64,000 nucleotides of DNA, taken from positions 1,248,001 through 1,312,000 of the forward strand of contig OZ243961.1 in the NCBI GenBank assembly GCA_965214605.1, given 5' to 3'. The notes under the pieces were generated by a model. The model saw nothing but the letters and a program-made list of their open reading frames with translations, did not search any database and was not told where the DNA came from. Source of the DNA: an uncultured Candidatus Binatia bacterium. GTDB taxonomy: Bacteria; Desulfobacterota; Binatia; Bin18. How positions within the stretch are numbered: the first letter of the stretch is position 1; each line of letters begins with the position of its first letter. The position numbers and the translations under genes are program-made. Shown here in pieces: positions 9,288 through 18,143 of the stretch.

Positions 9288-10676
9288 ATGGCACGAAGGT
9301 TGGCTGTCGCCCTAGCAATAATACTCGGCGGCATAATAGGGGCTCCTCAGAAGGTCGAGGCGGTCGATAGCGCTCGCATCCAACAGCTTGAACAGCAAAT
9401 GAGAGCGATGCAACAAGAATTGACGGCTCTTAAAGCCGAGCAAAAAGAGGAACAGGAAGAGGCAGATCGGCGCACCAATTTGCTGGCCGAGGAGTTTGAA
9501 AACCTCCGTACTCAGCTGACGATCCCCGAGGAGATTGAGCTCAAGAGTATGTATGGTTTGGGGCCCGCCGCCTCAAAAATCTATCAAATTGAGCGCGGGG
9601 TCTCAATCGGGGGCTATGGGGAAGCATTCTACCGCAAAGACGTCGGCGATAAAACATCAAGCGATATTGATACGGCAGATTTTCTACGTTTTGTCTTATA
9701 CACTGGCTACAAATTCAGCGATTGGCTTCTATTGAACGCAGAGTTGGAATTTGAACACGCCTCAACCAGCACAGGGGGCTCGGTCTCCGTCGAATTTGCC
9801 TATCTGGACTTCCTGCTCTCGGAGAAGCTCAATGTCCCGCTGAATGTCCGCATGGGAATGCTGCTGGTTCCTCTGGGGATTGTGAACGAGTTACACGAGC
9901 CGGTCTTCTTTAACGGGGTTGAGCGGCCAGAGCTGGAGCGCCGAATTATTCCTACGACCTGGCGGGAGAACGGCATTGGTATCTGGGGCGAGCTCCTTCC
10001 GGGGTTGGAGTACCGCCTCTATGCGGTCAACGGTCTGGACGGGGAAGACTTTAAGGACAACGGCTTTCGGAGTGGACGACAAAAGGGAGGCGAGGTTCGG
10101 GCCGAAGATATTGCCATAGCCGCGCGATTTGATTACCGCCTAGGACTAGGTGTGACCTTGGGAGCCTCGGTCTATCACGGCAATTCCGGCCAGGGCCGGG
10201 AGTTCACCATTCCCGACCCCACAGCGCCGGGGGGGGAGCGCCAAGACAAGCTGGACCTCAGCACCACGATTTGGGAGATACACGGCCTGTACAACCGGGC
10301 TGGACTGGAAATGCGCGGGCTGTTTGCCATGTCGTATCTGGGCGATGCCGCGGCGCTGTCGCGGGCCAAAAACAGGAATGTAGCTCAGAACATGTTGGGA
10401 GGTTATTTCGAGCTGGCCTACAACGTGCTGCCCTGGATCTTGCCGGGTACGGAAATGGCGCTGGCACCATTTCTGCGCTTCTCCTATCTGGATCTACAAC
10501 ACAAGATGCCGGCAGGCTTCAGTGCCATGGGCAATCGTACCTACCGCATCTGGACTCCAGGTCTGTCGTTTAAGCCACATCCACAAGTTATCCTGAAAGT
10601 AGACTATCGCAATTTCAACCCGCGACAGGGTCGCCGGGCTCAAGAGGTGAATTTTGGTGTGGGGTTTGTGTTCTAG
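9288..10676 (+). CDS. Outer-membrane porin (OprO/OprP-like) with N-terminal coiled coil
   Basis: RBS AAGGAG; signal peptide; coiled coil; IGGYGE, RFVLYTGYKF, ELEFEHA, NELHEP, IIPTTWRE motifs; C-terminal GVGFVF. Confidence 0.85.
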   Translation: MARRLAVALAIILGGIIGAPQKVEAVDSARIQQLEQQMRAMQQELTALKAEQKEEQEEADRRTNLLAEEFENLRTQLTIPEEIELKSMYGLGPAASKIYQIERGVSIGGYGEAFYRKDVGDKTSSDIDTADFLRFVLYTGYKFSDWLLLNAELEFEHASTSTGGSVSVEFAYLDFLLSEKLNVPLNVRMGMLLVPLGIVNELHEPVFFNGVERPELERRIIPTTWRENGIGIWGELLPGLEYRLYAVNGLDGEDFKDNGFRSGRQKGGEVRAEDIAIAARFDYRLGLGVTLGASVYHGNSGQGREFTIPDPTAPGGERQDKLDLSTTIWEIHGLYNRAGLEMRGLFAMSYLGDAAALSRAKNRNVAQNMLGGYFELAYNVLPWILPGTEMALAPFLRFSYLDLQHKMPAGFSAMGNRTYRIWTPGLSFKPHPQVILKVDYRNFNPRQGRRAQEVNFGVGFVF

Positions 10677-11235
10677 CGTAGTCGGGCTGCTCGTGGGCGG
10701 GCTGGTGCTCGCCGCCCCCGCCCCCGCAGCGGCCACCGTCTTGTATGCCAAACGGGAAGCCCTGGCCGTGGCGTTTCCCGAGGCGGAGGTGGTCGAGCCG
10801 CAGAGTTTTTTTCTGACGGACGCCCAACGCGCGCGCGTCCAAACCCTGGCCCACGCCCCGCTGGCGGCCAAGGTGGTGACCTTCTACGTCGGCCGCGCCG
10901 GAGAGCGGGTGCTGGGCTATGGGTTTATCGAGACCCTGATCGTGCGCACCCTGCCGGCGACCTTTCTGATTGTGGTCTCGCCGGCCGGGCAGGTGGCGCG
11001 GATCCTGACCCTGGCCTTCTATGAGCCGCTGGAGTACCGGCCGGCCCCGGGGTGGCTGGCGCAGTTTGGGGGGCGGGGGCTGCCGGCCGAGCTGCAGCGG
11101 CCCTGGGCGATTCACGGGATTGCGGGGGCGACACTGACGGCGCGGGGGGTCACGCGGGGGGTGCGCAAAGTGTTGGCGCTCTTTGAGGTGGTGCTCGGCC
11201 GGCCGGAGGGTGGGGAGCGCGCATGCGGTTTGTGA
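10654..11235 (+). CDS. Periplasmic FMN-binding (flavinylation-substrate) protein
   Basis: Signal peptide, LAFYEPLEY.P..WL.QF.G, IHGIAGATLTARGV (variant [ST]GA[ST] motif); linked to ApbE; start uncertain. Confidence 0.8.
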   Translation: MVWGLCSSVVGLLVGGLVLAAPAPAAATVLYAKREALAVAFPEAEVVEPQSFFLTDAQRARVQTLAHAPLAAKVVTFYVGRAGERVLGYGFIETLIVRTLPATFLIVVSPAGQVARILTLAFYEPLEYRPAPGWLAQFGGRGLPAELQRPWAIHGIAGATLTARGVTRGVRKVLALFEVVLGRPEGGERACGL

Positions 11236-11795
11236 TCACGGGCGAGTGGTCCCACAATCGGCTCCTGCAACTGATCATCGTGCTGTTCGTGGTGTATGTG
11301 GCGGGGCTGTGGCTGACCAACGCGTTGCTGTATTTCCAGAAGATGAGTCTGAGCTACAGTTCGGTGACGGCGTACTACCTGGGGGCGGAGGAGCGGTTCC
11401 TGCTGCCGCGGACGTATCAGGGGATGCTGGAGGTGACGCACTTTCACCTGTTTGCGATGGGGTTGTTACTGCTGACGCTGACCCATCTGATGCTGTTCGT
11501 GCCGCTGGGGCCGCGGCTGAAGGCGGGGTGTATTGTGATTCCGTTTGGGGCGGCGCTGGTGGACGAGGGGAGTGGGTGGCTGGTGCGGTTTGTGCATCCG
11601 GGGTTTGCGTATCTGAAGATTGGGGGGTTTGTGCTGTTGGAGGTGAGTTTGGCGGCGTTGATAGGGCTGACCTTATGGACGGTGGTCGGGGGCTCGCAGC
11701 GGCAGTACCGCCGGGCGGGGGCGCCCCGGCCCCCGACGCCCGGGGCGGGGGCGTCCAGGCTTGCAGAGGGCCAAGGAGAAGACCCCCGAAGCTAG
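11223..11795 (+). CDS. Four-TM membrane protein with conserved His (possible cytochrome-b-like partner of the FMN-binding protein)
   Basis: Hydrophobic helices, LEVTHFHLFAM and LTHL His motifs; overlaps the upstream gene. Confidence 0.65.
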   Translation: MRFVITGEWSHNRLLQLIIVLFVVYVAGLWLTNALLYFQKMSLSYSSVTAYYLGAEERFLLPRTYQGMLEVTHFHLFAMGLLLLTLTHLMLFVPLGPRLKAGCIVIPFGAALVDEGSGWLVRFVHPGFAYLKIGGFVLLEVSLAALIGLTLWTVVGGSQRQYRRAGAPRPPTPGAGASRLAEGQGEDPRS

Positions 11796-11799
11796 GACG

Positions 11800-12792
11800 A
11801 TGCTACGCTTGGTTATCTATGTCATGGGCTGTCTGCTCCTACTGAACCTGCCAAGTCCGGCCGCGCCCCTCTCATGTCTGAGCGATGGCCGCTATGTCAT
11901 GGGCACCGTCTTGGAGCTAACGCTGTGTGGAACCGATGCCGCCCATAATCGCCGCACCAGTGAGAGCCTGTTTCACACCGCAGTTCGTCTGGATAGGCTG
12001 CTGACAACCTATGCGCCCAACAGTCCGGTCAGCCGTCTCAACGCTACGGCTGGCCAAGGCCCTATGCCGGTTCCTGCCGAGGTCATGGACGCGCTGTCGG
12101 TGTCTATTCGTTACTGGGAACTGACCGGAGGTACGTTTGATATCACTGTTGGTCCGCTGATAGCGTTATGGGAAAATGCACCTCATCTGCCCTCCCCCGA
12201 AACGGTGCAGCAGACCCTCTCCCGGATAGGCAGCCATAAAATTGTCTTCTCTCCACAGGGCATGGTTGGCCTGGCTCACAAAGACATGACGCTCGACCTC
12301 GGAGGCATCGGCAAGGGCTTCGCCCTTGATCGTATGGTCAAGTTGCTCAAGGAGCAGCAGGTGACGCGCGCTCTGCTCGATTTTGGCCAAAGCACCCAGT
12401 GGGCCTTGGGAACACCGCCCAACGCAGAAGGCTGGCGACTGCTAGTACGCCTCCCGGACGGCACAAACGCAGGGGTTATCACCTTACAAAATCAGGCACT
12501 TTCGGTTTCAGGCAGTCTGGGCCACAGCTTTACTGTTGAGGGTCAATACTATGGACATGTGATTGACCCCCGTACCGGACAGCCCATTCAGCGCGATCTA
12601 CTAGCCTGCGTTGTCGCCACCAGCGCAACCCAGGCCGAAGCCTTGAGCACGGCATTTTTAATTCTCGGTGAATCAGAAGGGATAGCGCTTCTAGAGCGTT
12701 TGTCGGACGTAGAAGGAATGTTACTTGAAGCAAACGGGCAACGGTGGGAAACCACGGGCTGGCGGCAAGCGGTCGCCTTTGTTCCGTTTTAA
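11800..12792 (+). CDS. apbE: FAD:protein FMN transferase
   Basis: VMGT, SPVSRLN, TGGTFDITVGPL, LDLGGIGKGFALD, YGHVIDPRTG. Confidence 0.93.
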   Translation: MLRLVIYVMGCLLLLNLPSPAAPLSCLSDGRYVMGTVLELTLCGTDAAHNRRTSESLFHTAVRLDRLLTTYAPNSPVSRLNATAGQGPMPVPAEVMDALSVSIRYWELTGGTFDITVGPLIALWENAPHLPSPETVQQTLSRIGSHKIVFSPQGMVGLAHKDMTLDLGGIGKGFALDRMVKLLKEQQVTRALLDFGQSTQWALGTPPNAEGWRLLVRLPDGTNAGVITLQNQALSVSGSLGHSFTVEGQYYGHVIDPRTGQPIQRDLLACVVATSATQAEALSTAFLILGESEGIALLERLSDVEGMLLEANGQRWETTGWRQAVAFVPF

Positions 12793-12820
12793 GCGAAGTA
12801 TACGCGCGAAGGAGAAAAGC

Positions 12821-13132
12821 ATGTCAGACGGACAATTGCTAGGCACAGTTGAGACGGATGATGGGCATAGCCGTCTAGAGGTCGTCCTCAGCCCGAATGA
12901 TAAGGGGAAATCAGCGCTCGAACTACGTCGTCTGTCTTGGGGTAGAGGCGTAGGCTGGTATCGGCAGCATACACTCCGTCTTGATCCAACAGAAGCTGAG
13001 GTGCTGCTGCACACCTTGCGCACCAGCCGCCGTACCTGGCGCGAAGTCCGTCAAGCGCCTAGCGGTAATAAGGTCATCCCCTTTCCGACTGGGCAACACA
13101 AGCAGGAAGGACAACAGCGTCAGCTTGTATGA
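12821..13132 (+). CDS. Hypothetical protein (LELRRLSWGRGVGWYRQ; possible PC4/YdbC-like fold)
   Basis: RBS AAGGAG before ATG 12821; beta-strand then helix pattern; fold is a guess. Confidence 0.6.
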   Translation: MSDGQLLGTVETDDGHSRLEVVLSPNDKGKSALELRRLSWGRGVGWYRQHTLRLDPTEAEVLLHTLRTSRRTWREVRQAPSGNKVIPFPTGQHKQEGQQRQLV

Positions 13133-13165
13133 GGTTGGGTCGAGAACCGGGTCCGCAGGCGCAAA

Positions 13166-13197
13166 AACGGATGGTCTATTTTTCTGAGCCATCCGTT
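13166..13197. terminator. Hairpin between convergent genes
   Basis: AACGGATGG / CCATCCGTT inverted repeat. Confidence 0.5.
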
Positions 13198-13232
13198 CAA
13201 ACGGCACGGCCCGAGGCGTGCATATCTAGCGC

Positions 13233-13694
13233 TTAGCTCACCCGCTGCAGATTAATTTCGCGCTCAAGTCCGCTTGTTTGTACCATGCCGAGATACATTT
13301 CCAGCCCTTCGATGTCTTCCTGTTCAGCCTCAATCTGGTTCTCCAGCATGACGCGCAGTGGAAGATTATCCTCGGCCAGCTCATGGGCCTCCATGTATGC
13401 TTGCAGAGCGGCCCGTTCGAGGTCCAGATCTTGGTTCAGCATCTCTTCGAGATCAATCGACTGGCGAATTGGCGCTCCCAACTCAACCGTCGGGATACCG
13501 CCCAGCACGACGATCTTTTGGCCAAATTTATGGGCATGCTCAAGAGCATTCTCACTCTGGTCGCTGAGGAAGCCCTCGTATTCCTTCCGCCACAACCCTC
13601 TCACCAACAGAGCGTGTTGTTTGTATTGCATGACCGCAGTATGTTCAAGAGCAACGGCTCTGTTAAGCGCCTCAATCACCTTTTGGGTATCCAT
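13233..13694 (-). CDS. Bacterioferritin/ferritin-like protein
   Basis: LNRAVALEHTAVMQY..H, EHAHK..KIVVLGGIP, DLDLERAA...Y, EAEQED ferroxidase-type residues; RBS AAAGGAG. Confidence 0.88.
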   Translation of the reverse strand: MDTQKVIEALNRAVALEHTAVMQYKQHALLVRGLWRKEYEGFLSDQSENALEHAHKFGQKIVVLGGIPTVELGAPIRQSIDLEEMLNQDLDLERAALQAYMEAHELAEDNLPLRVMLENQIEAEQEDIEGLEMYLGMVQTSGLEREINLQRVS

Positions 13695-13805
13695 TATGAA
13701 CTCCTTTCCGTGGAAGACATACAAAACGCTGTATAAATTTAAAATAAGAGTTTCGAGCCGTAATGTCAAGGCAACTTCTTTTCTAAGTTACTAATTTTAT
13801 TGAAT

Positions 13806-13909
13806 AAAATGATTTTGAAAATCATTTTCGATTAGAAGGAAAAGCGATTTTGAAAATCATTTTCGATTAGAGTACCTATTTTTGAACTGATATTGAAAAC
13901 CATTTTCAT
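13806..13909. promoter_or_regulatory. Array of Fur-box-like sites in the divergent ferritin / imelysin promoter, including an exact 26-bp direct repeat
   Basis: GATTTTGAAAATCATTTTCGATTAGA at 13811-13836 and 13846-13871, plus ATTGAAAACCATTTTCAT near 13892. Confidence 0.8.
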
Positions 13910-13963
13910 CTAGAACCAGGAAGGAGAAAAACATGGTGTCATAATCCGTAGCTACCGCAACCA

Positions 13964-14036
13964 GAGCTGAGCATTCGAGGCCAGCGGTCATACACCCAGA
14001 GCCCGTGGAGATACCGTCTTCACGGGCTCTTTTTTT
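13964..14036 (+). terminator. Leader element copy B fused to an intrinsic terminator (attenuator)
   Basis: GAGCTGAGCATTCGAGGCCAGCGGTCATACACCC, then stem AGAGCCCGTGGAG / CTTCACGGGCTCT and a U-tract, upstream of the first ORF of the operon. Confidence 0.8.
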
Positions 14037-14070
14037 GCCGTTTATCTTCTTAAGGGAGGAGGAAAAACAG

Positions 14071-14286
14071 ATGGAAAAGATTCAGGACAACGATACCGTC
14101 CTTTTTGTGAACCACCGTGGGCTTTCTACCCGGATCTGTCCACGCGGCAGTGTGGCCTTATGCATTGGTCATACGTGTGTCTCCCTACGCAAAACGGATT
14201 TTCTCGATCTTGCAGAAGTTATTACCGCCACTCAACAACATCTGCTCAAACATCGGAGCTTTGAGCACGATCAGACAAAGCATTGA
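14071..14286 (+). CDS. Small hypothetical protein (CPxG family, paralog of 18323..18526)
   Basis: Strong RBS GGAGGAGG; ICPRGSVALCIGHTCVSLRKTDFLDLAEVI. Confidence 0.7.
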   Translation: MEKIQDNDTVLFVNHRGLSTRICPRGSVALCIGHTCVSLRKTDFLDLAEVITATQQHLLKHRSFEHDQTKH

Positions 14287-14381
14287 GTCAGCCACAAGGG
14301 ATTCCCCCTCCACACCTGGCAGAGTTGGAGAAACGCTTGGGAACATATGGCTGGGGGGAAAGTCATAACCAGGAGATTAGT

Positions 14382-16016
14382 ATGAAAAAGGCAATCGTTT
14401 TTGGAGCACTATTTATCTCACTTTTCTTTACCTCTCTTCCCACGTTGGCAACAATTCGGGTCAACCTAGAAAACCCCGGCAATGGGACGAGCGTAAACGG
14501 AGTCACTGCTATTTCCGGCTGGGCCTTCAGCGATACACCAGGGACCGCGGTCAGCGTGTGGTTACGCCTCAACGGCAAAACCACTACTACCCAAATTCCC
14601 TGCTGTGGGTCGCGTTCTGATGTGCAGAACGCCTATTCAGCCGCCCCGCTCAACAGCAGCTTCGGCCTCCTGTGGAACTATGGAGACTTACCCTCAGGTG
14701 TCCACACCATAGGCGTCGAGGTCAGAGCCGAGGGTGAGAAGACAATGACGGTGGACAGCAGTGTCACTGTGGTCCGGCCAGCGGATGCTGCGTTTCTCAG
14801 TGCGCTGTCAATCGAAGATGCTACCGTCACAATAGACGACGACACGATCGTCATTACCGGAGCCGAAGCCACTCCCAACGTGGACCAAGCCATGTCAGTA
14901 AGCACAACACTGACCCTGGCCTATAGCACGGCCGCTCAGGCGTTCAGTATTATTCTCGCACAGGATGATCGTGGTCAGGCGCAGTCCCCCTACGATGCGT
15001 CGCCACTGCTGACTGATGTAGCCGAGGCTATTTTTGACACCTATAACGAACTGCATGAGCGGGCAGAGGATGTCCAGTCAGCCGTAATTAGCACCTTGAT
15101 GGCCGGAGACCGAGCCAGGATTATTGAGGGTCTGTCCAACGTCCATAGCGCCTGGCGGAATGCCCGTGTCCCTTGGGAACAGAGCGAAGCTTTTCTGTTT
15201 GGGCCAGTCAGTGATGACGAGCACGACCCCGCGCTGGACTCCTGGCCGCTTAATACGATCGACCTGGAAAACATCATCGCTTCCGACCGAGACATTGCCA
15301 GTCTGACTTTTGCAGATGACGTCAAAGGTTTCCACGCCCTGGAATACCTTCTGTTCCGTGACCAGGCCGGCAACACGGATCCAGCGTCGATTGTGACCTC
15401 TCTACTCAACGCAGACAGCCGTACTCCGTCCCGTAGACAGAGCTATGTACTGGCGGTGCTGACCGCATTGCTTAGCAACACCGAAACGCTCCGCGACGCT
15501 TGGGACCCTGAAGAGGGGAATTTTGTGTACCAGCTGGCTATGGCTGGCAAAGGCAGTACAGCCTACACCAGCCAAAAAGCCGCAGTACAAGAACTGGTCA
15601 ACGGTATGATCGGTATTGCCGATGAGGTGGCCAACGCCAAATTAGCTGTCCCGCTTAATGACCGCAGTACCGCAGAAGAAGAATCTCGCTTCAGCAATAA
15701 TTCCAGGCGTGACTTTATCGACAATCTGCGCAGTATCAACAACATCTATGAGGGCCGCTTTGACCAGACTGACAGCACCCCAATGGGTGTGACGGACTTT
15801 GTCACCAACCAAGACCCCGAACTGGACGGCCAGGTCCGGGCCGCGCTGCGAGATGCCATGGCGGCGGTCATCGCCATCCCTGAGCCCTTTGGCCAGAGCA
15901 TTATGGATGACGATGCCCGCACGACTGTCCAGGCAGCTGTGACTGCAGTACAGAACTTGCACGAGACCCTCGCAGCCATCCTCCCTGTTGTCGAGGCGGC
16001 TCGTTTTACCTCCTGA
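14382..16016 (+). CDS. Imelysin-like (peptidase M75/IrpA) iron-binding protein with extra N-terminal Ig-like domain
   Basis: Signal peptide; AWRNARVPWEQSEAFLFGP, LDSWP, KGFHALEYLLF (GxHxxE), EEESRFSNNS. Confidence 0.88.
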   Translation: MKKAIVFGALFISLFFTSLPTLATIRVNLENPGNGTSVNGVTAISGWAFSDTPGTAVSVWLRLNGKTTTTQIPCCGSRSDVQNAYSAAPLNSSFGLLWNYGDLPSGVHTIGVEVRAEGEKTMTVDSSVTVVRPADAAFLSALSIEDATVTIDDDTIVITGAEATPNVDQAMSVSTTLTLAYSTAAQAFSIILAQDDRGQAQSPYDASPLLTDVAEAIFDTYNELHERAEDVQSAVISTLMAGDRARIIEGLSNVHSAWRNARVPWEQSEAFLFGPVSDDEHDPALDSWPLNTIDLENIIASDRDIASLTFADDVKGFHALEYLLFRDQAGNTDPASIVTSLLNADSRTPSRRQSYVLAVLTALLSNTETLRDAWDPEEGNFVYQLAMAGKGSTAYTSQKAAVQELVNGMIGIADEVANAKLAVPLNDRSTAEEESRFSNNSRRDFIDNLRSINNIYEGRFDQTDSTPMGVTDFVTNQDPELDGQVRAALRDAMAAVIAIPEPFGQSIMDDDARTTVQAAVTAVQNLHETLAAILPVVEAARFTS

Positions 16017-16121
16017 GCAGGTCTGGCACTCCTGTTATGACTGGATAGAGGAGAAACTACCCTGAGTGACTCATCACGGACAAAACATGCTCTCCTTCCA
16101 GCTAAGCCTCTTCAGTCGAAA

Positions 16122-18008
16122 GTGAGAAGAGCCATGTCAGTATGGTATCGTGCATGTATCTTAGGTGTTTTGTTGCTGTGGCCGGCGGTCAGTCCGGCCA
16201 CCATCACTGCCGTCCTAGAGAACCCTGGCCAGAGTAACAGTGTGTCAGGGCTGACAGTCATTTCCGGCTGGGCTTTCTCAGATAGTGGCGCGCCCATTAC
16301 GGTGGAGCTTCGTATCAATGGTGAGTCCGTCAGTCCTGTCCCATGCTGTAGTCCGCGCCAGGATGTGAGGGACACCATTCCTGGCGCACCGCTGAAGACC
16401 GGCTTTGGGCTGCTGTTCCATTATGGCCTGCTCGAAGCGGGCGTTCACACAATTGGGGTGGAGGTCAAGGCAGCAGTGGACGAACCGGTCATCACAGAAC
16501 ATATAGTAAGGGTGGTGAAGCCAGGCGGGGCTGAGTTCATTGAGGAGCTTGATCTTAGCCAGGCAAGCGCCGCCATTGAAGGTAATGAACTCCTAGTGTC
16601 CAGGGTACGGACGCGCTCCAGTCGCGGCACGAGCAGCGTTGATCTGCGCGTAGGCTACAGCCTGAGTACTCAATCTCCCATTATCTTGGCCGCCCCCGAC
16701 AGCCTTCCAATCGGCACTCACAGCACAGCCCTATCAGGAGGAGAGACCACTATTTTTGACGCCACCAGCCAGGCGTTTGAAATGCCGGCACCCAACCTGA
16801 CCGGGACGCGTCTAGAGAAACATCTTGAGGGCGACGCCACCTTTGGAAACACATTTGTGACAGCCCCTGCTCCAGTCTTCAGCGGCTTAGGTCCGATCTT
16901 CAACAATAATGGTTGCGTCAGCTGTCATCCGAAAAACGGCCGGGGTCGCCCGCCGCGAGAGGATGAGCAGCTGGAGTCCATGTTTCTGCGGGTCAGCATC
17001 CCAGGTGTCGATGCCGTGACCCTCGGCCCCCTCCCCGTCCCAGGTATGGGAACGCAGCTGCAACATCGAGCCGTCTTTGGCATTCCACCAGAGGCAGACG
17101 TGACCATGACTCAAACTGAGCATCTTGAGACCTTTGCCGATGGCGAGAGCATTCGGCTGCGGACCCTGCATTTTGCTATTGAGGATGCTGCTGTACCTCT
17201 CCCCGCCCAAGTCCTGACTTCGCCGCGCACAGCCCTGCCCGTGTTTGGACGCGGCCTGCTGGAAGCTATTAACCAAGAGACCATCCTAGCCTTAGCCGAT
17301 GAGTTTGACGCCGATGGAGACGGAATTTCTGGTCGGCCTAATATGGTCTGGGACACCATTGCCGGGGCAACTCGGCTGGGCCGCTTTGGCTGGAAAGCCA
17401 ATAATCCAAGCCTGTTCCAGCAGACCTTTAGCGCCTATCAGCAAGACATCGGCATTACCAATCCGGTCTTGCCGACTGAAAGCGCCGCCGACCAGCTCCA
17501 GGCTGACGGGCTGCCGGACGACCCTGAGATAGATACGGAAACCCTGGAGGTAACGACCTTTTACGTTCAAACGCTTGCCGTTCCAGCCCGGCGCCGGATG
17601 CATGACCCGCGAGTGCGAAGAGGCGAGGAGTTATTTAGCGCTGCCGGCTGCGCGGCCTGCCATACCCCGACGCTGAGAACAGGAGTTTTAGTCGGGGTGC
17701 CGGAGGTATCACATCAAACGATTCACCCCTATACCGACATGCTACTCCACGACATGGGTGAAGGATTAGCCGACAACCGGCCCGACTTTCTGGCTACAGG
17801 CCGGGAATGGCGGACACCACCATTGTGGGGCATTGGCCTCGCCCTGCGTGTCCAGGGCCATACCTTGTTCCTGCACGATGGGCGAGCCCGTAATCTCATA
17901 GAAGCGATCATGTGGCACGGTGGGGAAGCGGTTCAGGCCCGCGAGGCCGTACGTGCGATGGTTAGAGAAGACCGAGAAGCGCTCATCGCTTTTTTGGAGT
18001 CGCTGTAA
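16122..18008 (+). CDS. Di-heme oxidoreductase (DHOR/COG3488) with the same N-terminal Ig-like domain
   Basis: GLGPIFN..GCVSCH and GCAACH heme motifs, DADGDGISGRPN, GRFGWKA, WRTPPLWGIG, LHDGRAR. Confidence 0.9.
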   Translation: MRRAMSVWYRACILGVLLLWPAVSPATITAVLENPGQSNSVSGLTVISGWAFSDSGAPITVELRINGESVSPVPCCSPRQDVRDTIPGAPLKTGFGLLFHYGLLEAGVHTIGVEVKAAVDEPVITEHIVRVVKPGGAEFIEELDLSQASAAIEGNELLVSRVRTRSSRGTSSVDLRVGYSLSTQSPIILAAPDSLPIGTHSTALSGGETTIFDATSQAFEMPAPNLTGTRLEKHLEGDATFGNTFVTAPAPVFSGLGPIFNNNGCVSCHPKNGRGRPPREDEQLESMFLRVSIPGVDAVTLGPLPVPGMGTQLQHRAVFGIPPEADVTMTQTEHLETFADGESIRLRTLHFAIEDAAVPLPAQVLTSPRTALPVFGRGLLEAINQETILALADEFDADGDGISGRPNMVWDTIAGATRLGRFGWKANNPSLFQQTFSAYQQDIGITNPVLPTESAADQLQADGLPDDPEIDTETLEVTTFYVQTLAVPARRRMHDPRVRRGEELFSAAGCAACHTPTLRTGVLVGVPEVSHQTIHPYTDMLLHDMGEGLADNRPDFLATGREWRTPPLWGIGLALRVQGHTLFLHDGRARNLIEAIMWHGGEAVQAREAVRAMVREDREALIAFLESL

Positions 18009-18074
18009 GCTGCTCTTGGTCTGGTCTTGCCAAACAAGAAGAAGTGGTGTATAGAATAGCTTCAATCGATAATT

Positions 18075-18143
18075 GAGCTGAGCGGCCCGCAGCGATACAG
18101 TTCAGAGCCCGCCATGAAGAAGTGTTCCTGGCGGGCTTTTTTT
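18075..18143 (+). terminator. Leader element copy C fused to an intrinsic terminator (attenuator)
   Basis: GAGCTGAGCGGCCCGCAGCGATACAGTTCAGAGCCC, then stem GAGCCCGCCA / TGGCGGGCTT and a U-tract; TTGCCA..TATAGAAT promoter-like sequence just upstream (18027-18057). Confidence 0.7.

Noticed and set aside
13811-13871. 26-bp direct repeat as a mini-CRISPR
   Set aside because: Only two copies with a 9-bp spacer, no cas genes, and the repeat is a Fur-like operator.
16031-16040. CCTGTTATGA shared with the stem after leader element A (9246-9255)
   Set aside because: Only 10 bp and lacks the GAGGCC/CAGAGCCC core; could be chance.
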